A stretch of DNA of 64,000 nt from Bacteroidetes bacterium GWF2_35_48 (lineage in GTDB: Bacteria > Bacteroidota > Bacteroidia > Bacteroidales > GWF2-35-48). The stretch's first letter is position 1. The number at the start of each line of letters is the position of its first letter. This document shows positions 37,615 through 47,796 of the stretch, in pieces. Both the position numbers and the translations under genes were made by a program. The stretch covers positions 1,387-65,386 of the forward strand of contig MEOG01000020.1 of assembly GCA_001769125.1 (NCBI GenBank), written 5' to 3'. The notes beneath the pieces were generated by a model. The model searched no databases, was not told the origin of the DNA, and worked only from the letters and a program-made list of their open reading frames with translations.

Positions 37615-38601
37615 TTACCTTGGCAGGTTAACCCATTGTTTTCTTAAAATATTATTCGAATGAAGCATCAAACCTTTAATTATTTCATTTTTTTCAATAC
37701 CTTCATGTTTTCTTACTAATAAAGAGGTATCACCAGTTTTCACAATAAAAGAACCATCAAAAAAACACTCACAAATCTGCCCACAATTCATATCATCCCA
37801 GCGTAAATGAGTGTCAAACGGTATTGCAGACCAAATTTTCAACTTATTTATGCTTCCATTTTGTGACTCATAAAAAGTAAATGCACCTGGGAAGGGTTTT
37901 GTTACGGCTCTGATAAGATTGTATATATCAAAAGTAGCGTCTTCCCAAAAAATTAATCCATCATCTTCTGTTCGTTTAGGGTAAAATGATTTCGAATTTT
38001 CTTTTTGTCTTACTCGGGGATAGTCATTTGAAATAATTTTGGGCAAAGCGTATGAGCACAATTTAATCATAGCAACAAGATTTTTAAAATGCAAGGTTAA
38101 AGCATCATCAAAAGATGTTATTTCAAAATATTGGGTTGCGACAATGTCACCATCGTCCATGCCCGGATTATACCTAAATAAGTTTGTAATAAATATTTTT
38201 TTATCCTGAATTAATGACCAGTTAAGTGGGCTTCTTCCTCTACCATGGGGTAGTGGTTTATTGGAACCATGCATGCCAAAAGCCCCCACTGAAAGAATAT
38301 CTAAAAACCAAACAGGGATTAATCTCTGCCAACCCATGCACAACAATATATCAATTTTAATATTTTTAATATTCTTTTTATCTTCTTCGGATTGTAAATT
38401 ATAATTATTTGCAATGTAGTAAGGAATAAGCATTTCTTCGAGATAAGGTTTTAGGTCAAAGTAACCGGCCACCTTATGCTTTTTAGCTTTTTCTGAATTA
38501 ATTGTAATAACATAATCTATACTAAATCCTTCTTTCTGCAAACCCTTTATCAGATCTAAAGTAGTATGCTTACATCCGGCAACAGCAATTTTATTTTTCA
38601 T
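37615..38601 (-). CDS. Sugar-nucleotide N-formyltransferase (Fmt-like)
   Basis: Motifs GMHGSNKPLPHGRGRSPLNW, MDDGDI and IRAVTKPFPGAF. Lies in the glycan cluster. Confidence 0.85.
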   Translation of the reverse strand: MKNKIAVAGCKHTTLDLIKGLQKEGFSIDYVITINSEKAKKHKVAGYFDLKPYLEEMLIPYYIANNYNLQSEEDKKNIKNIKIDILLCMGWQRLIPVWFLDILSVGAFGMHGSNKPLPHGRGRSPLNWSLIQDKKIFITNLFRYNPGMDDGDIVATQYFEITSFDDALTLHFKNLVAMIKLCSYALPKIISNDYPRVRQKENSKSFYPKRTEDDGLIFWEDATFDIYNLIRAVTKPFPGAFTFYESQNGSINKLKIWSAIPFDTHLRWDDMNCGQICECFFDGSFIVKTGDTSLLVRKHEGIEKNEIIKGLMLHSNNILRKQWVNLPR

Positions 38602-38646
38602 ATATTTTTTATTTTATATCAAATCCATTTACATATTTTTTATACT

Positions 38647-41349
38647 TTAAATAGATTTAACAATATCTGCTAATATTGAAGTTTGAGTCTTTCTTGACAA
38701 TCTTTCAATTTTGATCGAATTGCATTTAATAAATTGATTCTCCTGAAATTCTGCATATAAGCCTTTCAAAACTTTTAATAAATGATTTGAATTCTGAATA
38801 ATAATTCCAGAGTTCGTTTCTATGATAAAATCTTCCTGAATATGAGAATTATCGCAAATATCAACCTTAAGTTTATAAAATTTATTATACAAAATCTTTG
38901 ATTCGACATCATCAGAATAGCAAAAAATTATCTGACGTTTTAAAGCAATATAGTCATAAATTTTAGTCCCAATAATATGATAATCATTAAATAAAAGGAA
39001 TACGTTATCCAAGGATAGTTTTTTCATCAAAAGTTCATTAGATATTTTAGGATGTACGTAAACAAATGGGATAAGTGAGGGATATTTTAAGTTTATTAAT
39101 TTTGTTATTTTTTCAGACTCATTTACTCCATAAAAATTTATTTGAAGTTTTGGGTTTGACATTTGCATAATAAAACAACAACATACTTTTAAAAAACTTT
39201 CTAGGGGATGCCAAATATAAATAGTTCCTGCAAAAGAAATACTTAAAATTTTATTCTGCTGGTTTATTTCACAAGATTTCTCCACAGCCTCCGGATCATA
39301 ACCGTTAGAAACAATTGAAATGGGTTTATTTGAATTTGTAACTAATATCAGTTTTTTAAAAAATGGTGAAACTGTCAATATCTGATAAGAATTTGCAACA
39401 ACTTTTTTTTCAATAATTGAATTTAAAAATTTCAATATTTTATTATTTTGCATAGCAATATCGTTCGTCCATGGATCTCTATAATCTGCAATCCATGGGA
39501 TATTATATTTCTTACTGAGCAATGAGGCATATTTAAATAAAACAAAAGGGTCGCCAGTAGCGATTATTGCGTCTACTTTATTTGATTTTAAAAAATTATT
39601 TGCAGCAAAATATATTTGGGCTTTAGCACCAATCAAAAACATAAATTGACCTATTTCATAATATGCAGAAAAAAGCTTACGAATTAATTTAAATTTAGTG
39701 TTTCCGTATAAAAGCAAAAGTTTATTAGAAATATTAGGAGAATAGGGAGCACAAATCAATGTGCCGTGCTCTGACTTTTCAATTGTTGTTTGAAATGAAT
39801 CGCTAGATGAAATATAATCAATTTGATTACCGTGTGTGTGTTTCCACTGCCGAGTAACAACTATTGGATATAATCCAAATTCGTGTAAATATTTATACCA
39901 ACTGAAAGGTCTCAAACCTCCGACTGATATATATGGAGGAAAATCGTAAGCCAAAATTAAAGATTTCTTTATACAACCAGAAATTTTATATATAGGTTCA
40001 ATATTATAAAATTGTTTATTTTCAATTATAGATTTTACTAATTCTGCTAATTTACTTGTCTGCAAAAGTCTTGAATATTGCTCTACTCCTACTGACTCAC
40101 ATCTAATAAATCCGTTTAATTCAAATTCAGAATATAAATCCTTTAAAATTTTTGCCAAATGTGTAGAGTCTTTTACAATAATACCCGAATTTGTATTGCG
40201 AATAATATCTGCTTGCAGGTCATTATTATCAGACTTATTTTTAAATTTTATTCTACAGTATTTTTCGTATAATTTATTTGCTTCTGAATCATTAGAATAA
40301 CACAACAATATTTTTCTTTTTAAAGCGATATACTCAAATATTTTAGTTCCGGTTGCAGCATAAGCATTAAATAACAAAAAAACATTCTTCTTTTTTAATT
40401 CTGATAATAAAATATCATTGGATATTTGAGCATGAAAAATAATATGTTTTTCAAGTTCTGGAATTTCCTCTGACACTACCTTTTCAATTTCAGGTTGTAT
40501 ATTAATTCCATAAAAATGAATTTTTATTTTCACATATGAATTTTTGGTTATAAATTGGTGAACAACCCTTAAAAAACTATATATAGGGTGGTGCTTATAG
40601 ATTGTTCCCGCCAAAGCAATGGAAAATTCTGAATTATTCTGAGGGATGTGGTTTATTTTATCTATTATATTTTCATTAAAACCGTTATTTATAACTATAA
40701 ATTTATCTTTATTTTTTTCAAGTATTAGTTCTTTAATAGTATCTACAACTGTAATTATTTTACAGCATGATTTATTGTATTTTCGTTCAAAAAAAGTTTC
40801 TAGCCATCTTTGCAAGAAAATTTTTTTATGAAAATCAGTCCTTGACCAAGGATCTCGGTAGTCTGCCACCCATGGTATATTGAACTTGTGCGAAAGCCTG
40901 TCTGCATACTTAAAAAGAATATAAGGATCAGCAGTTGCAATAATTATATCTACTTTATTAAATTTAAGATAATCTGCAGCAGCATAATAAATTGGTTTTT
41001 TATTTCCTGTAAAAAAAATAAATTGAGAGAATTCATGTAAGGCAGTAAAAAACTTCCTTACCAGAACAAATCTATTTTCTCCAAATTTTAACTGAATTTT
41101 ATTTCCTAAATTAGGTGTGTAGGGTGCACATATAATTGTACCTTTCTTTTCAATATTTAAAATTACCTGATCCGAAATGCCTGCTTTGACATAGTCATTT
41201 TTATTTCCAAATGAATTAGACCATTGTCTTGTAACAACAACCGGATATATATCGAATTTGTGAAAAGATTCATACCAGCTAAATGGTCTCAAACCTCCGA
41301 CAGAAATGTAAGGGGGAAAATCGTACGCAAGTATTAAGACTTTCTTCAT
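38647..41349 (-). CDS. Double-domain glycosyltransferase (two tandem GT4-like units)
   Basis: LILAYDFPPYISVGGLRPFSWY and W.ADYRDPW each occur twice. Confidence 0.8.
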   Translation of the reverse strand: MKKVLILAYDFPPYISVGGLRPFSWYESFHKFDIYPVVVTRQWSNSFGNKNDYVKAGISDQVILNIEKKGTIICAPYTPNLGNKIQLKFGENRFVLVRKFFTALHEFSQFIFFTGNKKPIYYAAADYLKFNKVDIIIATADPYILFKYADRLSHKFNIPWVADYRDPWSRTDFHKKIFLQRWLETFFERKYNKSCCKIITVVDTIKELILEKNKDKFIVINNGFNENIIDKINHIPQNNSEFSIALAGTIYKHHPIYSFLRVVHQFITKNSYVKIKIHFYGINIQPEIEKVVSEEIPELEKHIIFHAQISNDILLSELKKKNVFLLFNAYAATGTKIFEYIALKRKILLCYSNDSEANKLYEKYCRIKFKNKSDNNDLQADIIRNTNSGIIVKDSTHLAKILKDLYSEFELNGFIRCESVGVEQYSRLLQTSKLAELVKSIIENKQFYNIEPIYKISGCIKKSLILAYDFPPYISVGGLRPFSWYKYLHEFGLYPIVVTRQWKHTHGNQIDYISSSDSFQTTIEKSEHGTLICAPYSPNISNKLLLLYGNTKFKLIRKLFSAYYEIGQFMFLIGAKAQIYFAANNFLKSNKVDAIIATGDPFVLFKYASLLSKKYNIPWIADYRDPWTNDIAMQNNKILKFLNSIIEKKVVANSYQILTVSPFFKKLILVTNSNKPISIVSNGYDPEAVEKSCEINQQNKILSISFAGTIYIWHPLESFLKVCCCFIMQMSNPKLQINFYGVNESEKITKLINLKYPSLIPFVYVHPKISNELLMKKLSLDNVFLLFNDYHIIGTKIYDYIALKRQIIFCYSDDVESKILYNKFYKLKVDICDNSHIQEDFIIETNSGIIIQNSNHLLKVLKGLYAEFQENQFIKCNSIKIERLSRKTQTSILADIVKSI

Positions 41350-41373
41350 TTTTTTGTTTAGAGGTTTATAAAT

Positions 41374-42009
41374 TTATTTTATGATCCATCGAATAACATC
41401 AAAAGTTTCGGCATATCTTCCTCCTACCTGTACTCCTCTAGTCATCGCAAGACCTTTTATATATTCTTCACTAGAGTACTTTCTTCCTATTTGTGACCGA
41501 TAACACTTGAGCGACTCAAGTTTATTCGCTACATGCCTGTCTTCTAAATGAACAAAACAAGTTGTCTCAAACACATAATTATTCCAAGGTAATTCATATC
41601 CTAATAAAGATGTGAACTTGAAAGCCCGCATTGCCTCTTGCGTTATGGTGAAGTGATCTTGATGAACATCAAATTTTGAAGGGGTAAAAACAAGATCAGG
41701 TTCAATATTTTTATTTAAAATAACCATATCCTCTAAAATTTCTTGTCTGTGATAAGATAATTTTCGTACAGGATATTTTAAAATATATAAATTTTCAGTT
41801 TTAATACCTAGCAATTTTGTGGCATTCTTAACTTCAACTTCTAAAATATCTTTTGGCAGACCTTCAGGGACAGATTCTTCTGCACAAGAAAAAGCAGCAT
41901 AATGTATTTCTGCACCAATTTCAATAAATTTACTTATAGTCCCTCCACAACCAAATTCTCCATCATCTGTATGTGGAGCTAAAACCAAGATTTTTTTAAT
42001 TGATTCCAT
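41374..42009 (-). CDS. PIG-L/LmbE-family N-deacetylase
   Basis: Zinc motifs APHTDDGE and HQDH. Confidence 0.9.
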   Translation of the reverse strand: MESIKKILVLAPHTDDGEFGCGGTISKFIEIGAEIHYAAFSCAEESVPEGLPKDILEVEVKNATKLLGIKTENLYILKYPVRKLSYHRQEILEDMVILNKNIEPDLVFTPSKFDVHQDHFTITQEAMRAFKFTSLLGYELPWNNYVFETTCFVHLEDRHVANKLESLKCYRSQIGRKYSSEEYIKGLAMTRGVQVGGRYAETFDVIRWIIK

Positions 42010-42080
42010 TTAAATTTTGTAAGAATTTTTTGAAAATAATCTGTTTAATAAACAAGTTCAAACACTTTTTTATTTTGTAG

Positions 42081-42294
42081 CAAAGTTAGCCTGAATTATT
42101 TATAAAAAAAAGAAAGTTTGTTAAAGAGAAGCAAACATATTTTGAAGTTTAGCAATCATTAATTTTGAAGTTTTGTTGATACTCTTGGCATCTTTGTTGT
42201 TCTCTTCATTTGAGTACTTGCATTTCTGGCTGAGTTATTATTTTCTAAAAAAATATCATTGTTATTTATCTTATTAAAAAAATGCATATATTTG
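42081..42294. promoter_or_regulatory. Divergent Bacteroidota -7 promoter boxes
   Basis: Minus-strand TAACTTTG at 42081-42088 and plus-strand TATATTTG at 42287-42294. Confidence 0.55.
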
Positions 42295-42316
42295 TACCAA
42301 ATAAAGATTTTTCAAT

Positions 42317-42859
42317 ATGATAAATAAAACAAGCGTCATACCACAAAATTTTAAACATGGGTTAAATTTAAAAGTGGGTAACTTTTGCATAATTGAAGAA
42401 AACGTCACGATTGAGGATAATGTTATTATTGAAGATTATTGTATTATTAGAGAAAATGTTTTTATCGGAAGCGGTACTCATATTAAGAGTTTTGTCGAAC
42501 TTAGAACTAATACTGTGATAGGCAAAAATTGTATGATTGATTCTAAAGTTTCTAGCTCCGGGAACTGTAAAATAGGCAACAATGTTACTTTAAGATATGA
42601 TACTATAATAGCCAGAGGAGTTGAGATTGGCGACAATACTTATATTTGCCCACGGGTTATGACTAATAATTTAGATGCTACACAGGCTTCAATAGGTGGT
42701 GCAAAAATTGGAGCAAATTGTTTTATAGGAACCAATGCAGTTCTCCAACATGGAATTTCTATTGGAGACAATGTAATTATTGGTTCGATGTCATTTATTA
42801 ACAAAGATTGTAATCCAAATTCTACTTATATTGGGATTCCAGGCAAAAAAATAAACTAG
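42317..42859 (+). CDS. Hexapeptide-repeat (left-handed beta-helix) acyltransferase
   Basis: Repeated IG.N..I hexapeptides and a C-terminal YIGIPGK. Confidence 0.85.
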   Translation: MINKTSVIPQNFKHGLNLKVGNFCIIEENVTIEDNVIIEDYCIIRENVFIGSGTHIKSFVELRTNTVIGKNCMIDSKVSSSGNCKIGNNVTLRYDTIIARGVEIGDNTYICPRVMTNNLDATQASIGGAKIGANCFIGTNAVLQHGISIGDNVIIGSMSFINKDCNPNSTYIGIPGKKIN

Positions 42860-42861
42860 TA

Positions 42862-43734
42862 GTGAAGATACCATTTCCTATCGATACATCATTTGTTTCT
42901 CAGGCATTTGATTTAAAACTTGTTGGACAGAATATTCCTATTTACGGGTTTTCAATACCTGACAACCAGAAAGAAAACACAATTATTTGGACAAAAACTA
43001 ATCATGTCTTTCTAAATTTAAAAAAAGGAATTATTATAGCTCCTGAATCATTTGAATCGATTGCAATTGAGGGTGTCACATATTTATTCTGTAGTAAATC
43101 GCCTAGATTAATATTTGCAAAAATTATTAATAAGTACTTTTCTCATTTATTTCCCGATGATCTGACAAATTTTGTACACGAACATAAAAATAATAAAAGT
43201 ATAAAAATCGGAGAGAATTGTTTTATTGCCAAAAATGTAAAAATTGGAGCTGATACAATTATCTTACATAACACTTCTATATTTGAAAATACTGTGATTG
43301 GTAATAATTGTTTGATTCAATCAGGTTGTTCTTTAGGGACATCTGGTTTGGGGTTTGAATATGATGGGGAAGAAATTGTTAATTTTCCGCAATTAGGAGG
43401 TGTTGTCATTAAAAATAATGTGGAAATTGGACCTAATTCTACTATAAGAAAAGGGGCTTTAGGTAATACTATCATTGAAGATGGATGTAAGATTGGTGCT
43501 CTTTCAAACATTGGACATAATTCTCATATTGGAGCTCAATCAATTCTTACTTGCCAGTGCATAATTGGAGGATCAGCGGTTCTTGGGAAAAGAGTCTTTA
43601 TGGGAATGAATTCTATTATAAAAAATAAAATTGTGATAGGTAATAATACTGTGATTGGTATGGGTGCTGTGGTAACAAAGAATTTTCCCTCAGATATAAC
43701 TATAATCGGAATCCCTGCAAAAATCAAAAAATGA
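42862..43734 (+). CDS. LpxD-like N-acyltransferase
   Basis: Motifs SPRLIFA, GTSGLGFE, FPQLGGVVI and IGHN, with hexapeptide repeats. The C-terminal helical domain of canonical LpxD is not apparent. Confidence 0.75.
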   Translation: MKIPFPIDTSFVSQAFDLKLVGQNIPIYGFSIPDNQKENTIIWTKTNHVFLNLKKGIIIAPESFESIAIEGVTYLFCSKSPRLIFAKIINKYFSHLFPDDLTNFVHEHKNNKSIKIGENCFIAKNVKIGADTIILHNTSIFENTVIGNNCLIQSGCSLGTSGLGFEYDGEEIVNFPQLGGVVIKNNVEIGPNSTIRKGALGNTIIEDGCKIGALSNIGHNSHIGAQSILTCQCIIGGSAVLGKRVFMGMNSIIKNKIVIGNNTVIGMGAVVTKNFPSDITIIGIPAKIKK

Positions 43735-43749
43735 AAATTAAATAATACT

Positions 43750-45216
43750 TCATTTAATTCGAAACATTTTTAACATTTTTTTTAACATTTTATTTTTAAT
43801 TTTTTGTTGTTTGAAAAACGTGAAAAAAACAATAAAAAGAAACAAGGAACAAACAATAATAAAAAAGAAGTATTTACCATTAATAATATAATGATTTAAA
43901 AAATAAAGAACGAATATAAACAAAATTATCTCTCCAATAATTATCAAACTATTTTTTATTTCAATCTGAAGATTGGCTTTTTTCTTTCCAAAATAATATA
44001 AAAATGAAACCATTATGATATAAGAAATTATTTGGGAATACCCTGCCACAACCACACCATATCTTTTCATAAATAGTATATTGATAAGCAGACAAACACT
44101 TCCGCTTATTATAATTCCATATAAAATATAAATATTTTTTTTTATCAGACTGAAGCAGATACAAAATTGATTTGATACAATATAAATTACATTTGCAAGT
44201 GCCATTAGTGGAACAACCTTCATCACGGCAAGGTACGATTCGTCGGCAAGTAATAACGTTAATAATGGGGTAAATAATACAATGCCAACCAATACTAAAG
44301 AACTTGCAAAAACAGAAAGATCAAAAACTTTTTGATAAGTGCTTTCTGCATCATTATCCTTTCTGATAGACATAATATAAGGACCTATTGCCATTCTTAT
44401 CATATCTGAAAGCACAACAATTGGAATAACTAATTGAGTTGATAAAGCTAGAATAGAAACCTCTTCATTATTAATTAACGATTGAGTTCCTATAAATTTA
44501 TCAGCAGCTAGAATGATTATATAAAATAAACTTGATGCAATAAATGGCCATGAATATGTAAATATTTTTTTTAGGAGTTTTGAAGAAAAGTATTTATAGT
44601 TAAAATAGAAAAAACTTTTTTTTATAAAAAATAGACATACTAATGTTCTTGAAAGTATTTGTGCTAAAACAACTCCAACGAGACCTAATTGAAAAATTAC
44701 TAAAGAAAGATATACAAGTAATAATGTGAAAATTGATTCCAGTAAGACTATTATTACTACATATTTGGGCTTCCTGTCAATTCTGAAAAAATTAATATTT
44801 GTAATATTTATTATATATGGGAGTAATTGTATTCCTATTAAAACCAGACACCATTGAATAACATTAATGTTTAAACTGTTAATAATAAAAAAATTGGTAA
44901 AAAATGGTGAAAGAAAAATTAAAAATAGAATTATTAAACCTGCAATGAATACTTGATAGTAAAACCATGATGTGAAAACAAATTTACGATATCGTATATT
45001 TTCATATTCATAATAATAAAAAAACACACCAGAGTTAAGAGCTAAAAAAAAAGATAAAAAAGTGAATGTTAATTGTAACATCACGAAATTAGAATAATCT
45101 GTTTTTCCTAAGTATGAAGTAAAAATTGGTATTAGTAGCATTGCAAAAAACCGGGAAAAAACATTTCCAAAACCATAAACTATGGTTTCACCTATGAACC
45201 CTTTAATTTTACTCAT
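43750..45216 (-). CDS. Wzx-type oligosaccharide flippase
   Basis: N-terminal ETIVYGFGNVFSRFFAMLLIPIFTSYL and about 12-14 TM segments. Confidence 0.85.
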   Translation of the reverse strand: MSKIKGFIGETIVYGFGNVFSRFFAMLLIPIFTSYLGKTDYSNFVMLQLTFTFLSFFLALNSGVFFYYYEYENIRYRKFVFTSWFYYQVFIAGLIILFLIFLSPFFTNFFIINSLNINVIQWCLVLIGIQLLPYIINITNINFFRIDRKPKYVVIIVLLESIFTLLLVYLSLVIFQLGLVGVVLAQILSRTLVCLFFIKKSFFYFNYKYFSSKLLKKIFTYSWPFIASSLFYIIILAADKFIGTQSLINNEEVSILALSTQLVIPIVVLSDMIRMAIGPYIMSIRKDNDAESTYQKVFDLSVFASSLVLVGIVLFTPLLTLLLADESYLAVMKVVPLMALANVIYIVSNQFCICFSLIKKNIYILYGIIISGSVCLLINILFMKRYGVVVAGYSQIISYIIMVSFLYYFGKKKANLQIEIKNSLIIIGEIILFIFVLYFLNHYIINGKYFFFIIVCSLFLFIVFFTFFKQQKIKNKMLKKMLKMFRIK

Positions 45217-45748
45217 TATCTAACCTATGATTTTCTCTTTGCTTAAATTGTAAATATATACTATTTATCAATTGCTTTATTTCTTCACTAGATGCTTTAA
45301 CTCCTGTACCATGTTTTTTCGATATGGAATCTGTAATTTCATATAGAACATCACGTTCTTTACATTTTTTCATATAATTTTCTACAGTTGTTATTATTTT
45401 TGCTGGATTGCCACCAACAACAGAATAGGGTGGAATATCTTTAGTAACAATAGCTCCTGCTCCAATAATACAGCCATCTCCGATTTTTACTCCCGGTAAA
45501 ATTACTGCATTTGCACCAAGAAAAACTTTTTTACCAATAATGGTTTTTTCAACTCTTAATTTACCACAATGAAGTATTGTGCTAGCATCATGTGCTAATA
45601 TAATTGAACCTGGAGCAGAAATGAATTCTTCACCTATCTCAACAAGCTCAGAAAGACCATCAATATTGCTATTCATGCCTTTATTATAATAACGAGATGG
45701 TCCTTTTGAAATTTGATAAATTGTCTTTAAAATTCTTAAAAATTGCAT
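45209..45748 (-). CDS. Hexapeptide-repeat O-acetyltransferase
   Basis: Motif ILAHDAS...ILPGVKIGDGCIIGAGAIVTKDIP..SVVGGNPAK. Confidence 0.85.
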   Translation of the reverse strand: MQFLRILKTIYQISKGPSRYYNKGMNSNIDGLSELVEIGEEFISAPGSIILAHDASTILHCGKLRVEKTIIGKKVFLGANAVILPGVKIGDGCIIGAGAIVTKDIPPYSVVGGNPAKIITTVENYMKKCKERDVLYEITDSISKKHGTGVKASSEEIKQLINSIYLQFKQRENHRLDNE

Positions 45749-45751
45749 AAA

Positions 45752-46684
45752 TTATTTTTTAATCAAGGTTTCTATTTTTTTTATTCTGGGCTGAACGCGA
45801 TACATAATATTTACAATTATTTTATGAATTGGATTATTCCAGTTATGTTCCCATTTCACTGAGTATGTATTAAAGATTTCTTTATTTGTTAGTAAAAACA
45901 TTATTTTCATTAATGGAACATGTACATTTTTCTGATAGTAATAGCTTACTAACTGTTTTTTTAGTTGATCATAAACCGACCAATACCAAACATCGTATTT
46001 TTTTAGATTTACTTCTAAGGTATAAATGCAAGAAATCCACAACTGATTTATTTCTTCCTTTCTTGTAACCCTGTAAAGATCAAGAATTCCAAAAATTGTA
46101 TAGATAAATCCATTTAAAACATAAGATGGTTTTGAAGTAGGGTATTCTTCAAACCAGATACAACCATTCTTGTCAATTCTTTTGAATCCACCCTCACTGT
46201 ATTCATATTTGAAAGATTTGTAAATTGCCTCTGCTACTTCAAGATATTTTGAGTCGTTATACAATTGGTAGGCTCTCAGGTATACTGAAATTGCCTGCCC
46301 ATGAACCATCCCTGATATCCACCCTTTTTCTAAATCATACTGTTTGCACTCAGAATTTCGCCAAATAACACCATCGTTAAATTTTTCTTTTTTACTCTCT
46401 AGCCAATTTATACAATTAAGAAAAATATTTTTATTTTCTTGAATATTTTCCTTCCTTATTAATAAGTCGTAGCACATCAGTGCATATTGAATTGTAACTA
46501 TTGGAGCATAATTTTTTTTTTTCTCATCAATACAATATGGAATGCCTTTTTCATCCAGACATGCGAAAATTCCTCGGGAAATATGAACTATGGCAGGTGA
46601 AATATCCTGATAATATTGACCAAGATTTGTTTCATGAGAAATATTTCCAACGTCCAGGTTTAAGCTGATATCAATCCCTGCCAT
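45752..46684 (-). CDS. D-glucuronyl C5-epimerase family protein (copy 1)
   Basis: Motifs WISGMVHGQAISVYLRAY, WFEEYP..SYVLNGFIYTIFG..D, WSVYD and YYQKNVH match the C5-epim_C pattern. Confidence 0.82.
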   Translation of the reverse strand: MAGIDISLNLDVGNISHETNLGQYYQDISPAIVHISRGIFACLDEKGIPYCIDEKKKNYAPIVTIQYALMCYDLLIRKENIQENKNIFLNCINWLESKKEKFNDGVIWRNSECKQYDLEKGWISGMVHGQAISVYLRAYQLYNDSKYLEVAEAIYKSFKYEYSEGGFKRIDKNGCIWFEEYPTSKPSYVLNGFIYTIFGILDLYRVTRKEEINQLWISCIYTLEVNLKKYDVWYWSVYDQLKKQLVSYYYQKNVHVPLMKIMFLLTNKEIFNTYSVKWEHNWNNPIHKIIVNIMYRVQPRIKKIETLIKK

Positions 46685-47795
46685 GATTCATTTGTTTATA
46701 TGTATCAATAAATTTAGGTAAAACAGATTTCCATGAAGCAAATCTTGTAATTATCTCTTTATTGTGTTGGCATTTTTTCTTATATAAATCTAGGTTTTCA
46801 AGAATATTAAAGAATCTTATCAAAAAATCATTTTTATTGCTTCTTTCAAAAAATACTCCTAATTTTTCATATACTTGATAGGGTAACCAATCTCCTACTA
46901 AAAGGACATTAGATGCAGTCATCGCTTCTTTTATTGAACTCGCCAGAGCATCTGTTGTTTGGCAGTTTACAGTTATATCTGAAAGTATTTTAGTCTCTGC
47001 TAATTCCTCGTTTGTTAGTTTGTTTTCGATGCACAAGTAATCAATACTTAAAGATTTAATATGTAATTTTAGTTTTTGGACGTAGTCGTCAGTTCTCCCC
47101 AATGCCATAGGAATTATTAAAAAAAGTTTCTGTTTTATCTCGTCATTTAAATCCTTTAAAAGGTTTAGGAATAGCAAATGTTGTTGTTCCTTCTTTGCAT
47201 TGTACCCAATTGTAACAACGATTTTATTCTTACTAATATTAAATTTGTTTCTATATACAGATCTGTTTTCTAAAGTGTTTAATTTTGCAATTAAATCAAT
47301 ACGATTTGATCCATATTGATTGTGTTCAATTTTATTATCTAAACCCGGAAAAAAGGAGTCAAATTCTTTTTGCATATTTTCACCCATTACTATTTTATCA
47401 GCGACTTCAAATATTTTTTTTTGTATTTTTTTTTCAGCAATACTACTTCGATAAAAGTCAGAACCAAAAAGTGTAGCAATAATTTTTACTTTTCTTTTTT
47501 TTATAGATTCAATATATTTTGAGTAATAATGTCCACACCATTGAATATCAACTATATCATTTTCATGGATATATTTTTTTATAATCATTTTTCGAAAAAG
47601 GCGCCTGTATATTTTTGCTGTAAAACCGATACATATTTTTGGTATTAAATTATGAATATGATTATTGCAATCTATATACCTTAATTCCCAAATATCAAGA
47701 CAAGTAACAGATATACTGTTTTTCTTCAACCCATCTATAAGTTCTTGAGTACATACATGCCAAAATGGTATAGGAGTAAGTATCTTTATGTTCAT
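46671..47795 (-). CDS. Glycosyltransferase (GT-B fold, divergent)
   Basis: Motifs LFGSDFY, VTIGYNA...QQH and TDALASSIKEAM. Confidence 0.65.
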   Translation of the reverse strand: MNIKILTPIPFWHVCTQELIDGLKKNSISVTCLDIWELRYIDCNNHIHNLIPKICIGFTAKIYRRLFRKMIIKKYIHENDIVDIQWCGHYYSKYIESIKKRKVKIIATLFGSDFYRSSIAEKKIQKKIFEVADKIVMGENMQKEFDSFFPGLDNKIEHNQYGSNRIDLIAKLNTLENRSVYRNKFNISKNKIVVTIGYNAKKEQQHLLFLNLLKDLNDEIKQKLFLIIPMALGRTDDYVQKLKLHIKSLSIDYLCIENKLTNEELAETKILSDITVNCQTTDALASSIKEAMTASNVLLVGDWLPYQVYEKLGVFFERSNKNDFLIRFFNILENLDLYKKKCQHNKEIITRFASWKSVLPKFIDTYKQMNHGRD

Positions 47796-47796
47796 C

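Noticed and set aside
37615-38601. Housekeeping methionyl-tRNA formyltransferase (fmt)
   Set aside because: It lacks the F-M-G-T-P N-terminus and the HxSLLP motif of Fmt and lies among GT genes. A sugar formyltransferase is more likely.
42862-43734. Canonical lipid A lpxD
   Set aside because: It is shorter, has no apparent C-terminal helical domain, is not in an lpxD-fabZ-lpxA context, and is embedded in a glycan locus.
42010-43749. Invertible (phase-variable) segment explaining the two plus-strand genes
   Set aside because: No flanking inverted repeats were found by eye, and there is no recombinase gene in the window.
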